A stretch of DNA of 63,829 bases, counting the filler, from Folioceros fuciformis (taxonomy: Eukaryota): assembly GCA_049999805.1 (NCBI GenBank). It is 14 parts of 14 records of this genome, joined end to end, with 100 filler letters (N's around TTAATTAATTAA, not from the genome) between each part and the next. Parts side by side here need not be neighbours in the genome. Positions count along the whole stretch, not along the records: positions 1 to 11,267 come from JBNGIO010003254.1; positions 11,368 to 14,988 come from JBNGIO010003255.1; 12 more parts are not named here. The stretch is one strand, 5' to 3'. Position numbers and translations under genes: made by a program. The notes beneath the pieces were generated by a model. That model had not been told where the DNA came from, made no database searches, and saw only the letters and a program-made list of their open reading frames with translations. This document shows positions 1 through 12,887 of the stretch, one piece after another. How positions within the stretch are numbered: the first letter of the stretch is position 1; each line of letters opens with the position of its first letter.

Positions 1-320
1 TTGAGTATGCGAGTCCCTTTGGGTGCTACAAAGGGATCGCAACTTCTTCTATTGGACGACCCCACCTTTTTATGTTGGCGCACTTTCTGTGTGTTACATG
101 TGTCGATGGTGATCTTTGTTCTCTTGTGCGTTTTCTGCGCCTCTATCTTATGCAATGCATCCAAATCGCATGCCTTACGTTTCGTCTTAATGTGCGCCAT
201 GGATTTGCCAGAGTAGCAAGGCTAACCACAATTCACCTCCTCAAAATTTTGAACGTTGCAAACAAGAAACAATATGTTGGATTAGTCTTACAACAAAAGG
301 CACCACTTATTTATATCTTT

Positions 321-488
321 GAGCTACAAACAATACATCATGCTCCAAGGACAAATATATGCTTGGCCTTCGACACATTGAGTAACTGGGTACTACTTTG
401 CCCTTTGAGCTATCACCAATGCATCGTGCTCCAAGGAAGGACAAATATGTCAATAGCCTTTGACCAAGTGAATAATTACAGGCTACTT
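321..488. repeat. Imperfect tandem duplication, period about 87 bp
   Basis: gagctac...tgctccaaggacaaatat...gcctt at 321-397 recurs as gagctat...tgctccaaggaaggacaaatat...gcctt at 407-488. Confidence 0.7.
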
Positions 489-1162
489 ATACTTGTGCAA
501 ACACTTCTTCACTACTTGGTCATAAACATTTAGGGCAAGGATGGATATTTATAACACAACACATGGATGTTAGGCAAGATGGTGTGCTATCGTATAGCTC
601 ATGTTCGTTAATAATTAGGTTATCATAATAGGGTATGATTAGTAATTAATAGCAGACCATATGGCTATGTCATTTTTATTAATATAATAATAATGATAGA
701 TAAAATAAGATAGATAAAATGAACTAGACATGCTACAAGTAGATAAACAATAATGTTACAAAGTAGACAAAGACTAACAAAAATGAATATGAATTTGTAT
801 TAGGATCCATGTAATATAAAGATAATACATCTATATTTCATCTTCCGCACTTGTCCACCAGACCCCTTATTAACTCATAGTTTTGTTCAGTAGCCACCTT
901 ATACTCACAGTTCTACTAGATTTAGCAAGGAATCGTTTGTCTCTTTACCATTTATGTTTTTCTTAAGAATTGTTAACAATATATTGTAATCTCTAAACAA
1001 TATTGGTGAGATTAAATTCATAACTTTGTTCCCGTATGTAGACACACACTCTCAAAAACCTTTTGTATGAATTGAAAGTTTTTGTTATATTGCAAGACCC
1101 TATTAACACTTGACCACAATGAAAGATGACATGATTACCAAGAATTAAATCATCCTTGAGGT

Positions 1163-1572
1163 TATAGCCATCCACGAAGAATGGACATCATGAAACCTTG
1201 AAAGAAAAATACATCATCATTAAGGATAGAATCGTGGTTATCATCACGAGTGATATAAACATGATTTACTTGCACGATTAATCCTCTACAAGTAGGACAT
1301 CGTTTTAGACGATAATCATCCATGCTATTGAGCTATGTAGCAAGACAATGCTCATGACAGGAGTGACGACATAAGTCTACTTGCATGATCTCGTCTTGTT
1401 TGTTTATATCTCCTAAACAAATAGTGCACTCCATGGCTTCATCACCTTTATAAATCCTTCTTGTCACATTTCCATCATTAATGGTATTGGTATTATCGAA
1501 CACATTTCCATGGTTAATGCCATTAGTATTATGCATCACATTTCCATGGTTCATGTTACCGTTATTATCCAT
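1163..1572 (-). pseudogene. Decayed RING-H2 zinc-finger ORF with N-rich 12-aa repeats
   Basis: CTIC...CRHSCHEHCLAT-(TAG where RING-H2 has W)-LNSMDDYRLKRCPTCRG; reading through the stop at 1333-1335 completes the finger. The N-terminus has three 36-bp repeats (MDNNGNMNHGNV/MHNTNGINHGNV/FDNTNTINDGNV). AT-rich and apparently intronless. Confidence 0.75.
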
Positions 1573-2073
1573 GGTTAGCTAGTTAGAATTATAATTGCAA
1601 GATTTTCTTTAGAAAACTAAAAGTATAGATTTTCTTTAGATAACTAATGGTATGGTACTTTTGATACGTATATGCATAAAATGTGTACAATAACTTGCAT
1701 GTATAGTTACTCATGTAGGTAAATAAACTTGTTTTCTCATTATAAAGTTTACGCACCAAAAAATAATCTGTTTTTGGACAAGGAGGTGAACTAAGCTTTT
1801 GATGTCTTTCTTCAACAAGTGACATATAATTTTCATTATTTCAAAGAGTTTAATGAGACTCGATGATGAGACCTTTAGTACACGAATATTCGACTAGGAC
1901 CTATAATAGCCCTTCACACAAAATGCCTTGAATTCTCACATGGATTTTCACATGGGAAGTCAGTGTCAATACATAATGCGAATAAATGCTGTGCAGCCTT
2001 TCTCCTCCCTTAGGTAGAATAGCCAATTTGGATGATAAATTTTCCCACTCCCTCAAAGTTGAGGCGACGTCTT

Positions 2074-2177
2074 ATCTTTCTGGCAAATCTTTCCCTTGCT
2101 ATAATAGCTCATCTTTCGGGCAAATCTTTCCCCTTGCTATGGATAGCCCATCTTTAGGGCAAATCTTTCCCTTGCCC
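2074..2177. repeat. Tandem repeat, unit about 38-39 bp, about 3 copies
   Basis: ATCTTT(C/A)(T/G)GGCAAATCTTTCCC(C)TTGC is repeated three times. Confidence 0.8.
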
Positions 2178-2831
2178 ATTCTAGCTACAATGTGTAAGTA
2201 GACCAAAAGAAGAACACAGTGGAAGCTATGGTAGACTTGTGCGAAGTCAACTTTTGAGAATCACCCTAAAATTAAGTGCATTTGTTAAACCGTTCTTCTC
2301 CATTGACTTGCTTTGGTACCGTGATTGAAATAACTCTCAGGATAATCATACCACGTGCACCGTGCGCTTCACTTGCACAAACAGTTGTTTAGAATAATTT
2401 CCAGCAGTAAAGCCGCTTTGTAGGATACTGAAAATTGGTATTTGAACAATGGAGGCAGATAAACATGACCCACGACTCAAGTGACAAGACACTCCTGTGG
2501 TGGTTGATCCCTCTCTGTAACCTACACCTTTTTGTCAGTTTTTCTGCATTCTTCCTTGGATAATGGCTCTTGTGTACAGTCTCCACAATCCATCTTCTGT
2601 ACAGTTAAGGCATACCTCTACCTCGTAGGTAGACAAGACACCTAGCTTTCTAAGTACCAGGTAGTAAAACAATACACATGCTGGTGCTCCCAAGCATGGG
2701 TCTCCGGGAGCCCTCTTGAAATACAAACAAATGCCTGAGTTCCCCACTCGCAGCCCCACTTGCAAGTGGAAGTCAATTTCCCATGTTGACGGGGGTCCAT
2801 CGCAAACATGTCATGTTGAGGCTCCGCAAGC

Positions 2832-5800
2832 TTATGTGGAGGACAGTTCCTTCTCCAGCATCCGCCGAAGCAGTAAATTCAAATCCTGAATAACAGCCGA
2901 CACGTTGCGGGGCTGACCCCCAGGCCGTTGCGTACTCCCCAAAGGAACTTGTTCTGAAGGGAGAATTCCTACGCCTTCCTGCTTCCTCTCCTTAACATCC
3001 TTCCCAAAGGTTGGGTCCAATGCTGTGAGACCCAGAGCATCACCTGCTGGGGTCCCAAGGGTCGGGACTGATGTTTTCTCACTCAGAGCTTCACCTGTCG
3101 GGGTCTCAAGGGTCGGGATTGATGTTTTCTGACTCAGAGCTTCACCTGCTGGGGTAGAACTGCCCACTAGAGCAGTTGTGGCAAACGCCTCTGCCAACGG
3201 CTCATGAAACAAGGGTTCACCATCACCTGTACTCCAGAACTTGTCTAGTGCCTGCGAGAAAACAACGAGAAAAGTAAAACCCAAGTTTTCCTCCACATGG
3301 TGCGAGACAAACCAGCTTTCACATTCATTTCTAAACCAGCATCTCCCTCTTGCCAGTCAAGTTAGAGAGGGTAATTATGCAGGCAGGGATCAAACCCACC
3401 CGTTCGGAGACTTGTAATGGTTCTTCGTCCCCAGTGAATGTACCAAACGCGTATTTCACAGTCGGTTCTTTGTCTGCAGGAAGTATCCATGAAGCCTGGT
3501 AGTTCTGTGGAAAGGCAAAACGTCAGCGGAAACCAACTGCAACGAGCATCACGAAGTGCCCCGCATGATTAACCGCTCACTTGTGAGTCCGTCGGCTCCC
3601 ATGCAGTCGTACTATCGATGCCTAGAAGTTCCTCGAACCGTCGATTTATGAATATTTCCATTGCACCCCACCACTTGATGTGTCGCCGGAAGAAAAACAG
3701 TGTGAGGACTATGGTTGTAAGAAACGCCATCAATCCAATACCAGTACCGAGAGCTAAACGTAATACATCTGCCACGTATCCAGAACGATTTGAAGCAGTT
3801 GCATTGTAAATTTCACGGCCATAATTTGCGGCAGAAACAGCTTCTCATGTTAAGGAGCAGCTCCCATACCTCGTATGGTTGGCACTTTTCCTTTTAGCAA
3901 CTCCACCACTGCATTTGAGCGAAGAGGAACAGAAGCAGCAGTTGTGCAGTCACCATAACACCCAAAGCTACCCAGATCATTGACATCCAACGTCAAATTC
4001 CCTTTCTCGTTCCCAGCCTACACCAACGACATCACACTATTAGGCAGATACGACCCTTTCCACCTTGCACTTCTTTAAAAGAAATTCTGGAGTCCAGTGG
4101 CGCAAGTGTTCACCCCCGGATACCACAGAAGGGAGCTGAGAGCGATGTTTGCTTCATCAATTGAAGCTGTGAAGCAGATGCCTTGACCCCTGACATTCAT
4201 AGTGTGTCCATCCCAAGCCCTAGACACTGAAGTCCACCTTCCTTTGTTGTAAACGGAGGCATCAATGTATGCCGTGCTGACTAGTGTTAACAAGAGTTGC
4301 CCCTTATCAATACTTAAACACGTGTGCAGCCGAAGCACCTGGATATCAGCTGCTAAAACAGACATTGCCAGATTTGCAAATTAAGTGTATTCCATCATAG
4401 TAAGCACTTCCGAAATCATCACTCTATGACACGAAATCTTTGGATGTGACCAAAGCTAGACTTCCCTCAACATGCTCGCTACAGGGTTGCATTTACTTGA
4501 ATCACACGTTAGTTGCAAGATGCCTACCATGAGAATCAAACTGATCAGGATCTCCGACTGAGATTCCCTTGACGTCTCCAAACCACCAAGTAGTTTTGAT
4601 TGTTGCCTCAGCCAAAATGTAGGGTGGGTCGTTCACTGCTGTAATATATAGCTTTACTGAGCGAGTGTCACCAACTTCAGCTGCTCCCCCCGCCCCAGGA
4701 TTGAACACCTGCAATGTGATATTATCCTCGCCATTATAGTAACTGGACCTGCCAAAACACAATGTTAGCTTAAGACGCAAAAAGGTGCAAACCCTCAAAC
4801 ATGAATCATACAGCAGATAGAATACCCTGCATATTGAATGGCTTGCAGAGCAGCATTCAAAACCGGGATGCTCCCCGAAAACTGTAATGACTTGGTGGAT
4901 TGCTGTTCAGTTGATGCTCCTCCAACTGTGAAATCCTGATCCGTTTCAGATAGAACCACTACTGATTGCCACAGGTTTCTCAACCTAGGAGCAAAGTACA
5001 GCACTCCGTGCAGAGCAGTGAGCTTCACAGCCAGTGTAGTGCTGGGACTGTTGAAGCCCACCTCCATACAGGGTATGCCCCTGTTGGTCAGACATTTCAT
5101 TCTGTGAGCCGACCCTTGGGATGTGCCCAAGTCTATCTTCAACGAGATGCACTGATAAGTGCCTTACCCTTGCAACGGTATTGGCCGACCTTCCAGTGCA
5201 TACAGGGCCACAGGTGTAGACAGGACATATGGAAAGCTCAGGACAATGTCTGCAGTGAGAGTATTGTAGCTTGCTGTACACTGAACTGGCTGTGATTTGG
5301 GCCCACCTAAGTAGTCTACAATATTTCAAAACAGACTTAGATACGACTACTCCACTGAATACAAGAACTGTGTCCATGATCAAGCCTGGTCATATACCTG
5401 AGGTCACGTTAACGAGAAAAGGACTTGACGCGATGTGCACATTGTTCGCCTTGACTGAAAGTTGGTATTGGCCAACTTCAGGAATTGTGTAATTGGCTAT
5501 GTATAAACCACTGGATAACTGTAAAAACTGATTCGCCTGCTGTGCATTGTTTTGAAGAATAAACGAGAATGCCACAGAGTTGCCTTGTTCGTCAATTTGA
5601 CTTGGAGGATTGTTGCCAAATGCATCCTTGACTTGCACCCAAATGTACTGAACTGCATCTCTCACTGCTAGCCCCAATCCCGATCCAAAACCAACACACG
5701 AAGGGACATGAACGGGTCCTGCAGCGAGCGCAAAAAGAACCATGTGCACCATTACGAGCCAACCTCATGCTGAACTACAAGGGAGTTTTGCCAGCTATAT

Positions 5801-8800
5801 TCTTGAACATAAGTTACAAATTAAACCCCAGGCTCTCAATCTGGTGGGAATTATTTGCACCTAGTTCCTCAAACAAGGAATTACCAGCAGAAACATTTAT
5901 CGTGAAGGGGCTATTTTTTATCATCTTTTCTCCTGAGTAAATGGTGATGAGGTAGGAGCCTGCTAGATTCCAGTCCACAGTTCCAAAATAACTCCCATTT
6001 CCCACTGGCAGCAAAGAAATCGTGCTGGGAGGCCCGTTGCTGCTAATGATACCCACAGTGAAACTTGATGGACAAGAGACTCCTGTTGTATTTGTAAAGC
6101 GGTTCCCAAACTGGTCACATAAGTCTACAAAAATGTCATCTCCTGCTCCAGCTGTGTGATCACGAAGCGCTAATCCAGTACCAACGCTTGATTCTACTGA
6201 CCAGCTACCTGGTGCATGCAATTGCTCCAGATTTAGCAGGGAGGCGCTTTTAGACTACATCATATTGTAGGTATACAGAACATATTCAAGCACCTGCTAC
6301 CACAGTAAGAATATAAGGTCCGCCACTGATATTCGTCCCGAAGAGAGTGATCAGCAAATTGTAATCTCCCATATCCGTAATATTGAGATGAGCAACATAA
6401 GTTCCTGCAGATTTATCAAAATATGCAGGCACACTGTCATCCATGCCACTAGGACGGGGCAGGACCTCCACTGCGAATTGCAAGTTTTTCTCAGACTGTA
6501 CGACCCCGTGGTTGGCATCATACACGGAGATTGTCACGTTAGCAACTTGTCCTGCCTCTATCTCCCGAGAGGTTGGAGAAATGGATGCTGAGCAATAAGA
6601 GGCCCGAAGTCCACCTGCATACATAACACACATTGCCGGCTTGCAGTGAATGTCAATCTTGAAGTGGCGAGAGCGTTACGTACACATACAACAGATACCT
6701 GGACTGACAACGGACACACGAAAGGGGCTGCCACTTATATCAGTATCCAGATACTTCATGCTAACCGTATATGCTCCAACTTTATCCGTGGTATAAGATG
6801 CACCATACAACCCATAGCCAAGTCCACTGAAGTTTCTGACCACAACAGTCCCTGAGCCTGTAACAGCCAGTTTCAGCAATTCCTCTTTCCCGTTTACACC
6901 ATTGCCCTCCAAGTCCAGCAAGTGGATGCTCAGGTCATTCCACTGGTTCGTGGAGGCCAAACGAGAGAGGCCCTCACCAGTTGCAAAGGTGGTCTTCAAG
7001 CTCACATTTCCTGCAGAGCACTCATGAGTTAGTTTAAGTGTAAAACTGGGTGGAAAGGAGTACGACTGAACCCACAAGGTCCTTCGGAAAGGCTGGATCT
7101 CAGATTCAACATGCACAGCTGTCTTTCAAATGTTCTGCGAATGACATTCATGCCAAAGGTGCAGTCTTACAACTCCACTTAACCGAGAGCAGCTCCTGCT
7201 ACAGGTCCTGCGGTAGCACAAGGGCCACAGGCAATACCTGCGGTTAAGGTGAAGGGAAAGGGAGATCCTTGTATTTCTGTGGTGCTGTTGCCAACAAACA
7301 GTAAATATGCTCCAATCGCCTGCAGGCTAAAGCTCACAATGATCTGTCCAAGAGTGCTGTTGTCATATGGCTCCACTCTCAGATCAGACACGCTCACGGA
7401 GCGATGTGGCCTTTGCACCGAGGCAATACTGACAGTAAAAACGCTGGCAGATACCCCCATAACTGTGTTCCCCCAAGCATCCTTGGGAGTTACCAGGAGC
7501 TGCACTGGAGAGCCAGCTTCCAATGTATGTGTAGAGTCAACCCAATCTCCTGTACATGTTTGTGCTGACAAAGCCCCTAGAACAGAGCCAGATCATTAGG
7601 AGTGACTCGGTTCACATTCACTACGCACGTCACAGCCAAAGATGAGCTCATAACCTCACTGAGAATTTCATGTGAACTTAAACTCAGGAGGTGCTGCTCT
7701 GAGAATCTGTCTCACCTGGCACATACACAAAGGAAAATGGAGATCCCAGGATCTCTACAAATGAATTATCTGAACTCCCAACTTTGATGTAATACTTGCT
7801 AGGTTCAGTAAAGGTTATGGTAATGAGTTGTGCCCCCTGCTCGACACTGTCGTGTGGAGTGAGGGTTATGTTTGAACCGTCAACCAAAGCATTGGAAGTG
7901 GCATTGAAAACCTTGTATGCAAAGTTGTAGTAACCAGATGTTGCTGAGACCACATTTCCATACTGATCCCGCTGAGTAACCCTCAACCGGGCCTCTGTTC
8001 CAGCAGCAAACAAATTCTCGCTGTTCAACCAAATCCCTGTGCACGCCTGTACAGACAGTGGTCCTACAGAATCCATTTAGCAAAGTTAGAATTTGGTCCC
8101 CTACAAAACCAAGTTTTAGGCATTATGATTCCCTTCTCACGCATATGTGACCCGAACCTGCTAATATTCTAATTGTGAATGGACTGCCAGGGATGCCACT
8201 CTGTTCAACCCCCAATGAGTTGTCGGCAGTTGACTGGTTGGCTCCAACTGTCACACTGACAAGGATGATTGAGCCAGTATCTGGTATTTTGTAAACAGTG
8301 TACCGAACTGTGGCACTCCCTGCTTCATAGGAAACGCTCGCAGATGTATTGGTGCCACTGGGTGTGAATCCTATGCTTAAGACACCAGTCGGAAAGGCAT
8401 TGTTGAAATAATCATGTAGATTGACCTTGAATTCGTTCGCCTTCCCTGCCAGTCCTCCTGAAGTGTCCATGCACATCCAGGCAACATCCAGGCTCACTTG
8501 ACATAACACAGACAAGATCCCAACAATAAACCAAGAAGAAGTTAATACCTTGCAGACCACTTCCTGATGCAACACAAGCTTCCGTGTGAATGGGGCCTGC
8601 ACACCACAAAAAGAGAGCTCAGAACAATCCGGAACCAAGGTTGCCTACTTCCATGGGCCAGACTTTTAAGCCAAACCCTCTAATCTTAAATCTTGGGAAT
8701 AGAGCTAACTTTTGGGGTTGAGACATGGATGAAACTTGGCACCTGGCAGCACAGTCTTATTGAACAGGATCTGCGGGCCGATTACAACTGCTTTCCCAGT

Positions 8801-11267
8801 GTTGCGATCAGATGCCTTTATCTGAATTTTGTAAGAGCCTGCTACTGTCGCTTTGTAGCTGACATTATAAAACCCAGCTCCTACGGGAGTTTGAGAGACA
8901 GCAACGTCGTTCAGTTCTGTCTCTGTGTTACCACTCACAAGGAATATTTTCACTGTGAGGAGTAGAGCTGCAGAAGGTCCAGCAGTGGGATTTCCATAGG
9001 AATCCCGGAACTGGATAAAAAAGCTTGCAGGCAACCCAGCAACTGTATCCATGAGACCAGGACCTTGAGTGAGAGTCATCGTCAAATTCCAAGGGCCTGC
9101 AATTGCAATTGGGAAAACTGCAACATGAGATCACAAAGTTGGAGCATACAGTCTTTGCGGAGCAGGCTGCCATGAACAAATTGCCACCTTCGACAAAATC
9201 ACTTAGAATGGGGGAGCAGTCGTTGCTACCAGCTAGACAGTTGAAAGCAAAAGGTGAATCTTGAATGAAGGTGTTATCAACATCTGAGACCACAAGTTCC
9301 AGATTTCCAGCTTCGTAGATTGTGAACGTGACAGTTTGATTACTGGTCAGAATTGAAACTGAGGTATCAGGCTGGATCTGCATGTCTTTAACAGGCACAA
9401 GCACCTGGGTTTGGCCTACAATTTTGTAGACAGACGCAGTGAACTTGTGATAATCTGGCGATGACGACAAGAGAAGGATATTGCTGCCAAAAGCATCAAA
9501 TTGTGAAACTACAAATGTCACCAATGCTCCAACTGCAAATGTCCGATTCCTTTGCACAAAAAATCCAGTGCAATTTCTAACTGAAAGAGGACCTGCAAGT
9601 ATGCCCAAGGTCCCGTGCCAAAAAATGCACTTTAATATATATACCAATGAATCAAACAGAGATAGACTGGATGTCCTAGTCACAGCGCGGAGACATTTTT
9701 ATGCAAGTAATGTTACCTACAGTCACAGAAAATAAAAATGGTGATCCCTGGATATAACTTGTGCCGTTCCCAACTTGTAAGTGGTAGTCCTGTCTTGGCA
9801 AAGCTGGCCTGAAAGAGACAATCTGTAATCCACTTCCATCTCCTGCCAGATGCACTGTCACATTTGTCGCCTGCTGCTCTGACACTACAGCCAGAAATCT
9901 CAGCCCTTGTACCTCAACGCCATTCATTAAGCTTACATTGTTTCCAAAACTATCCACAGCCTGAACCAACAAGATAGCTTCCTGGAGAGGTGTGAATGTG
10001 TTTACTGCATTTAGCCAGAACCCCTTGCTAGCTGTCACAGAAACGGCACCTGCATGATAAACGAACAAAGAGAGCCACAGTGAAAAAACAGCAACCCTCG
10101 CCTGCTTCTTGACAAGTAGACATCCTTGATGCTGGAAATTAACACAGAGAATGGGGTGGGTGAGTACGGATGGTGACTGACACCTGCAGACACAAAGAAA
10201 AGAAAGGGCGAGCCTGCTAAGCTTTGATTGCCCTGTCGCACATAGAGCTGGTAGCGGCCAGCTACACTGGGAACAAACTCGACATAAACCCGTCCATATT
10301 GCCACATTAGAGGTGTAACTTCGTACGCGTGCACATAGAGCCCTGGGACAGGGGCAACTGGTATGTCCATGGGATAACTGGAAACAGTAACCATTTTTCC
10401 CACCTCTTCAATCATATCAGAATTCACCATCAGTTTGTTCCGGAAGCGGTCTAACAGAGTCACATAGAACATGGCTATTGTGCCTGCCACGACTGTGTTT
10501 TTAGACCACTGGCCTTGACACGCTGGGATGTAGAAAGTCGGGCCTGCAAAGTCCAGACTGAACAGGACTGAGCAGAAAGCTCTAACGCTGAGGCAGTTAT
10601 AACCACGAAGGCAGGTTCCCTTCACACGTTAATGCTTACTTTGATTAGTTGCCAACTGCAAGGGAGAAAATGAAAATTGTTCGTCCATGATTCCGATGTG
10701 AAGAAGGAAGTATGTGTTTGAAGTCTTCGGGGCTAGAATCTGGAGCCGCTGGGATCCTGTCAAAACTTCGCATTAGTCACTGCAGTCCCCTGTCCAAAAA
10801 GGTCTTTCACGAGCAACAAACGTGTTACAGCCCTCCACACGGCTGGACCTGCAGAACGTAGCAGAGTTGTTTTCTTGAGCATACCGTCATTGTCCTCCTT
10901 GAGAATAGTCAACAAAGGTTTATAAGGAAAGCTGCCATCAGCTCTTGTAATTGTCAGCATCCAGCTGAAACAAACGTTCCTGACATTATTTGCAGCACTG
11001 ACAACATTCCCAAAGTCGTCTTTCAGCTTCACATTGATGACCACAGGATCGCCTGGGATATAAGAACCAGTTGCATTAATGTTTCCTACGCTACGAACCA
11101 GCGATACAGTACCTGGCAGTGCACAAATGATGAAATTGATCCTCAACTTGCAGAGCAGGCAATCAGACACAAACTCCACCACAACAAAACATCTGTATGA
11201 CAGCATATGCGACTCAAGTTCAGGAATGCGGTTAGTTTTACGTCCGGGCGACACAGGCTGCAAAAGC
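2832..11267 (-). CDS. GEX2: GAMETE EXPRESSED 2 (GEX2)/FUS1-like single-pass membrane protein with at least 12 filamin-type Ig repeats; about 22 exons visible; 5' end cut by the contig end
   Basis: Repeated units G(P)xxxxxC.G...AG...D.FGN...I.GSPF on exons of about 320-380 bp with phase-1 GT-AG introns. GEX2-type C-terminal motifs: LNAALQAIQYAG, NGEDNITLQV, AVNDPPYI, VGDPD, GICFTASIDEAN, LTLDVNDLGSFGCYGDC (3871-4017). A TM helix LALGTGIGLMAFLTTIVLTLFFF-RR lies at about 3685-3757; the last exon stops at 2832. Confidence 0.88.
3003..3155 (-). repeat. 51-bp (17-aa) coding tandem repeat x3 in the GEX2 cytoplasmic tail
   Basis: TPAGEALSQKTSIPTLE / TPTGEALSEKTSVPTLG / TPAGDALGLTALDPTFG. Confidence 0.9.
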
Positions 11268-11367
11268 NNNNNNNNNNNNNNNNNNNNNNNNNNNNNNNNN
11301 NNNNNNNNNNNTTAATTAATTAANNNNNNNNNNNNNNNNNNNNNNNNNNNNNNNNNNNNNNNNNNNN
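11268..11367. other. Artificial contig linker (N44-TTAATTAATTAA-N44), first of 13
   Basis: Identical 100-bp blocks with stops in all six frames also at 14989-15088, 18013-18112, 24367-24466, 28335-28434, 30845-30944, 39220-39319, 45327-45426, 48916-49015, 52137-52236, 57397-57496, 59358-59457 and 62626-62725. Adjacency across these linkers has no biological meaning. Confidence 0.98.
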
Positions 11368-11794
11368 GCATGGCCTCCATGGCCGTTCATGCCAGCCAAG
11401 CAGTCAGCCAGCCTATCATCAGACCCTGACCCCTGACATTGACATACCCAGATACCCGTTCCTATGTTCAAACCTTTGTTTTATTATTTAATATTATAAT
11501 ATTATTTAATCATTTGATATTATATATCTTTACTTAATATTAAACTAATCACCAGACCTAGACTCAAACTTTCCCAACCCTATGGCCTGGTACCGAACCT
11601 AAACCTTCCCAAGTCTGGGACCAAACCTATACCCACTCTTATAACCAAACCAACTATTTCATGGTCAATTAACCTAATTAGCACAAAGAAAAATAAGAAA
11701 AATGACCAAAAAATAAAGGAAAATTAGGGAAAATAAGTAGAATAATAAAACCAAACCATACCACTATTAACCCTTTTCCAACCAAAACAAACTA

Positions 11795-12430
11795 CTACCC
11801 TAAACTTTGGAGGTTCACACTTGTTGTCTTATTTTCCAAGACCTCCCTAATGTAGTGATACTCTACTACTATATGCTTAGTCCTAGAATCAAACACAGGG
11901 TTACCGGCTAAAGGTATAGCTCCCAGACTATCACTCAATAATGAAGTGGGATCATTTTGCGGATAATTTAGCTCACTCAAAACTAACCTACTCCAAACAA
12001 TGTCCTTAGCAGGTGATGTCAGGACTCTATATTCTAACTCAGTACCTGAAACAGCAATGGTACGTTGTTTCTTACTTGATCAAGAAATAGGTGCTCTGCC
12101 TAAAAGGAGTACATAACCTGATATAGAGCTCCTTTTATCAAAATCTCTAGTATAATCAGCATTAGCATAAGTTGTAAAGGAAAGTTTCTCGATACCGGCT
12201 GTATGTTGATACATGAGTCCTATGTTCATAATACCTTTGAGATATCTGAAGATGTGCTTACCCGATGCCCAATGTTCTCATCCAAGATTTTCTAGGAACT
12301 GTGAGCATGCACTTTCTTCAAATAATAGATATGGTCTTGTAAAATTACTTAGGTATGTTAGGGTGCCAACAACGTGTCTATATGGGACTGTTGACATCTC
12401 TTGTTTTGCAACATTTGTAGTTGGACTCAT
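11795..12430 (-). mobile_element. Ty1/Copia RT C-terminus and RNase H fragment (decayed)
   Basis: SKKQRTIAVS, GAIPLAGNPVFDSRTKHIVVEYHYIRE; upstream a VPYRHVVG...TRPY-like segment with stops. Confidence 0.9.
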
Positions 12431-12596
12431 AGATGAGGTAAGTGTTGTGCTTCAAGAGGTCTTGCTCCTCAACATCTGAACTTAACCCTAGACGTCTCTG
12501 AACACTGATATATATTATATATATAGCATGCATTCATGTGTATATGGGGTGGCCAGCCCCTATATGATATACGCGTATATTCTTGTCAACACTATA

Positions 12597-12887
12597 CTTG
12601 GATGCCTTTCCTTAAGTGCTTCCTCTCCATTGTGCACATCAAGGCTACTGGTCATCTTGCCACTCTTTGGTGGTTTACTACACATGAGATCAACGAAAGG
12701 AGTAGCTTATCTCTACTTCTCCCTCGATGTGAGTACAGTGATCACACTCATAATTCTTGGATGCCTCCCCTTGGATGCTTCCTCTCCATCGTGCAGACCA
12801 AGGCTACTGGTCATCCTGCCACTCTTTGGTGGTTTGCTACACACGAGATCGACAAAAGAAATAGCTGTCCTCCACTTCTTTTCCCTC
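12597..12887. repeat. Imperfect 159-bp tandem duplication
   Basis: cttggatgcc...caaggctactggtcatc(t/c)tgccactctttggtggttt starts at 12597 and at 12756; the period is a multiple of 3. Confidence 0.85.

Noticed and set aside
2832..11267. True actin-binding filamin
   Set aside because: There is a C-terminal TM helix, GEX2-specific motifs and many N-glycosylation sequons, and no calponin-homology domain is visible.
11312..11323. TTAATTAATTAA as a biological repeat
   Set aside because: It is always centred in N runs and is an artificial six-frame-stop linker; ORFs ending in X...LIN are artefacts.
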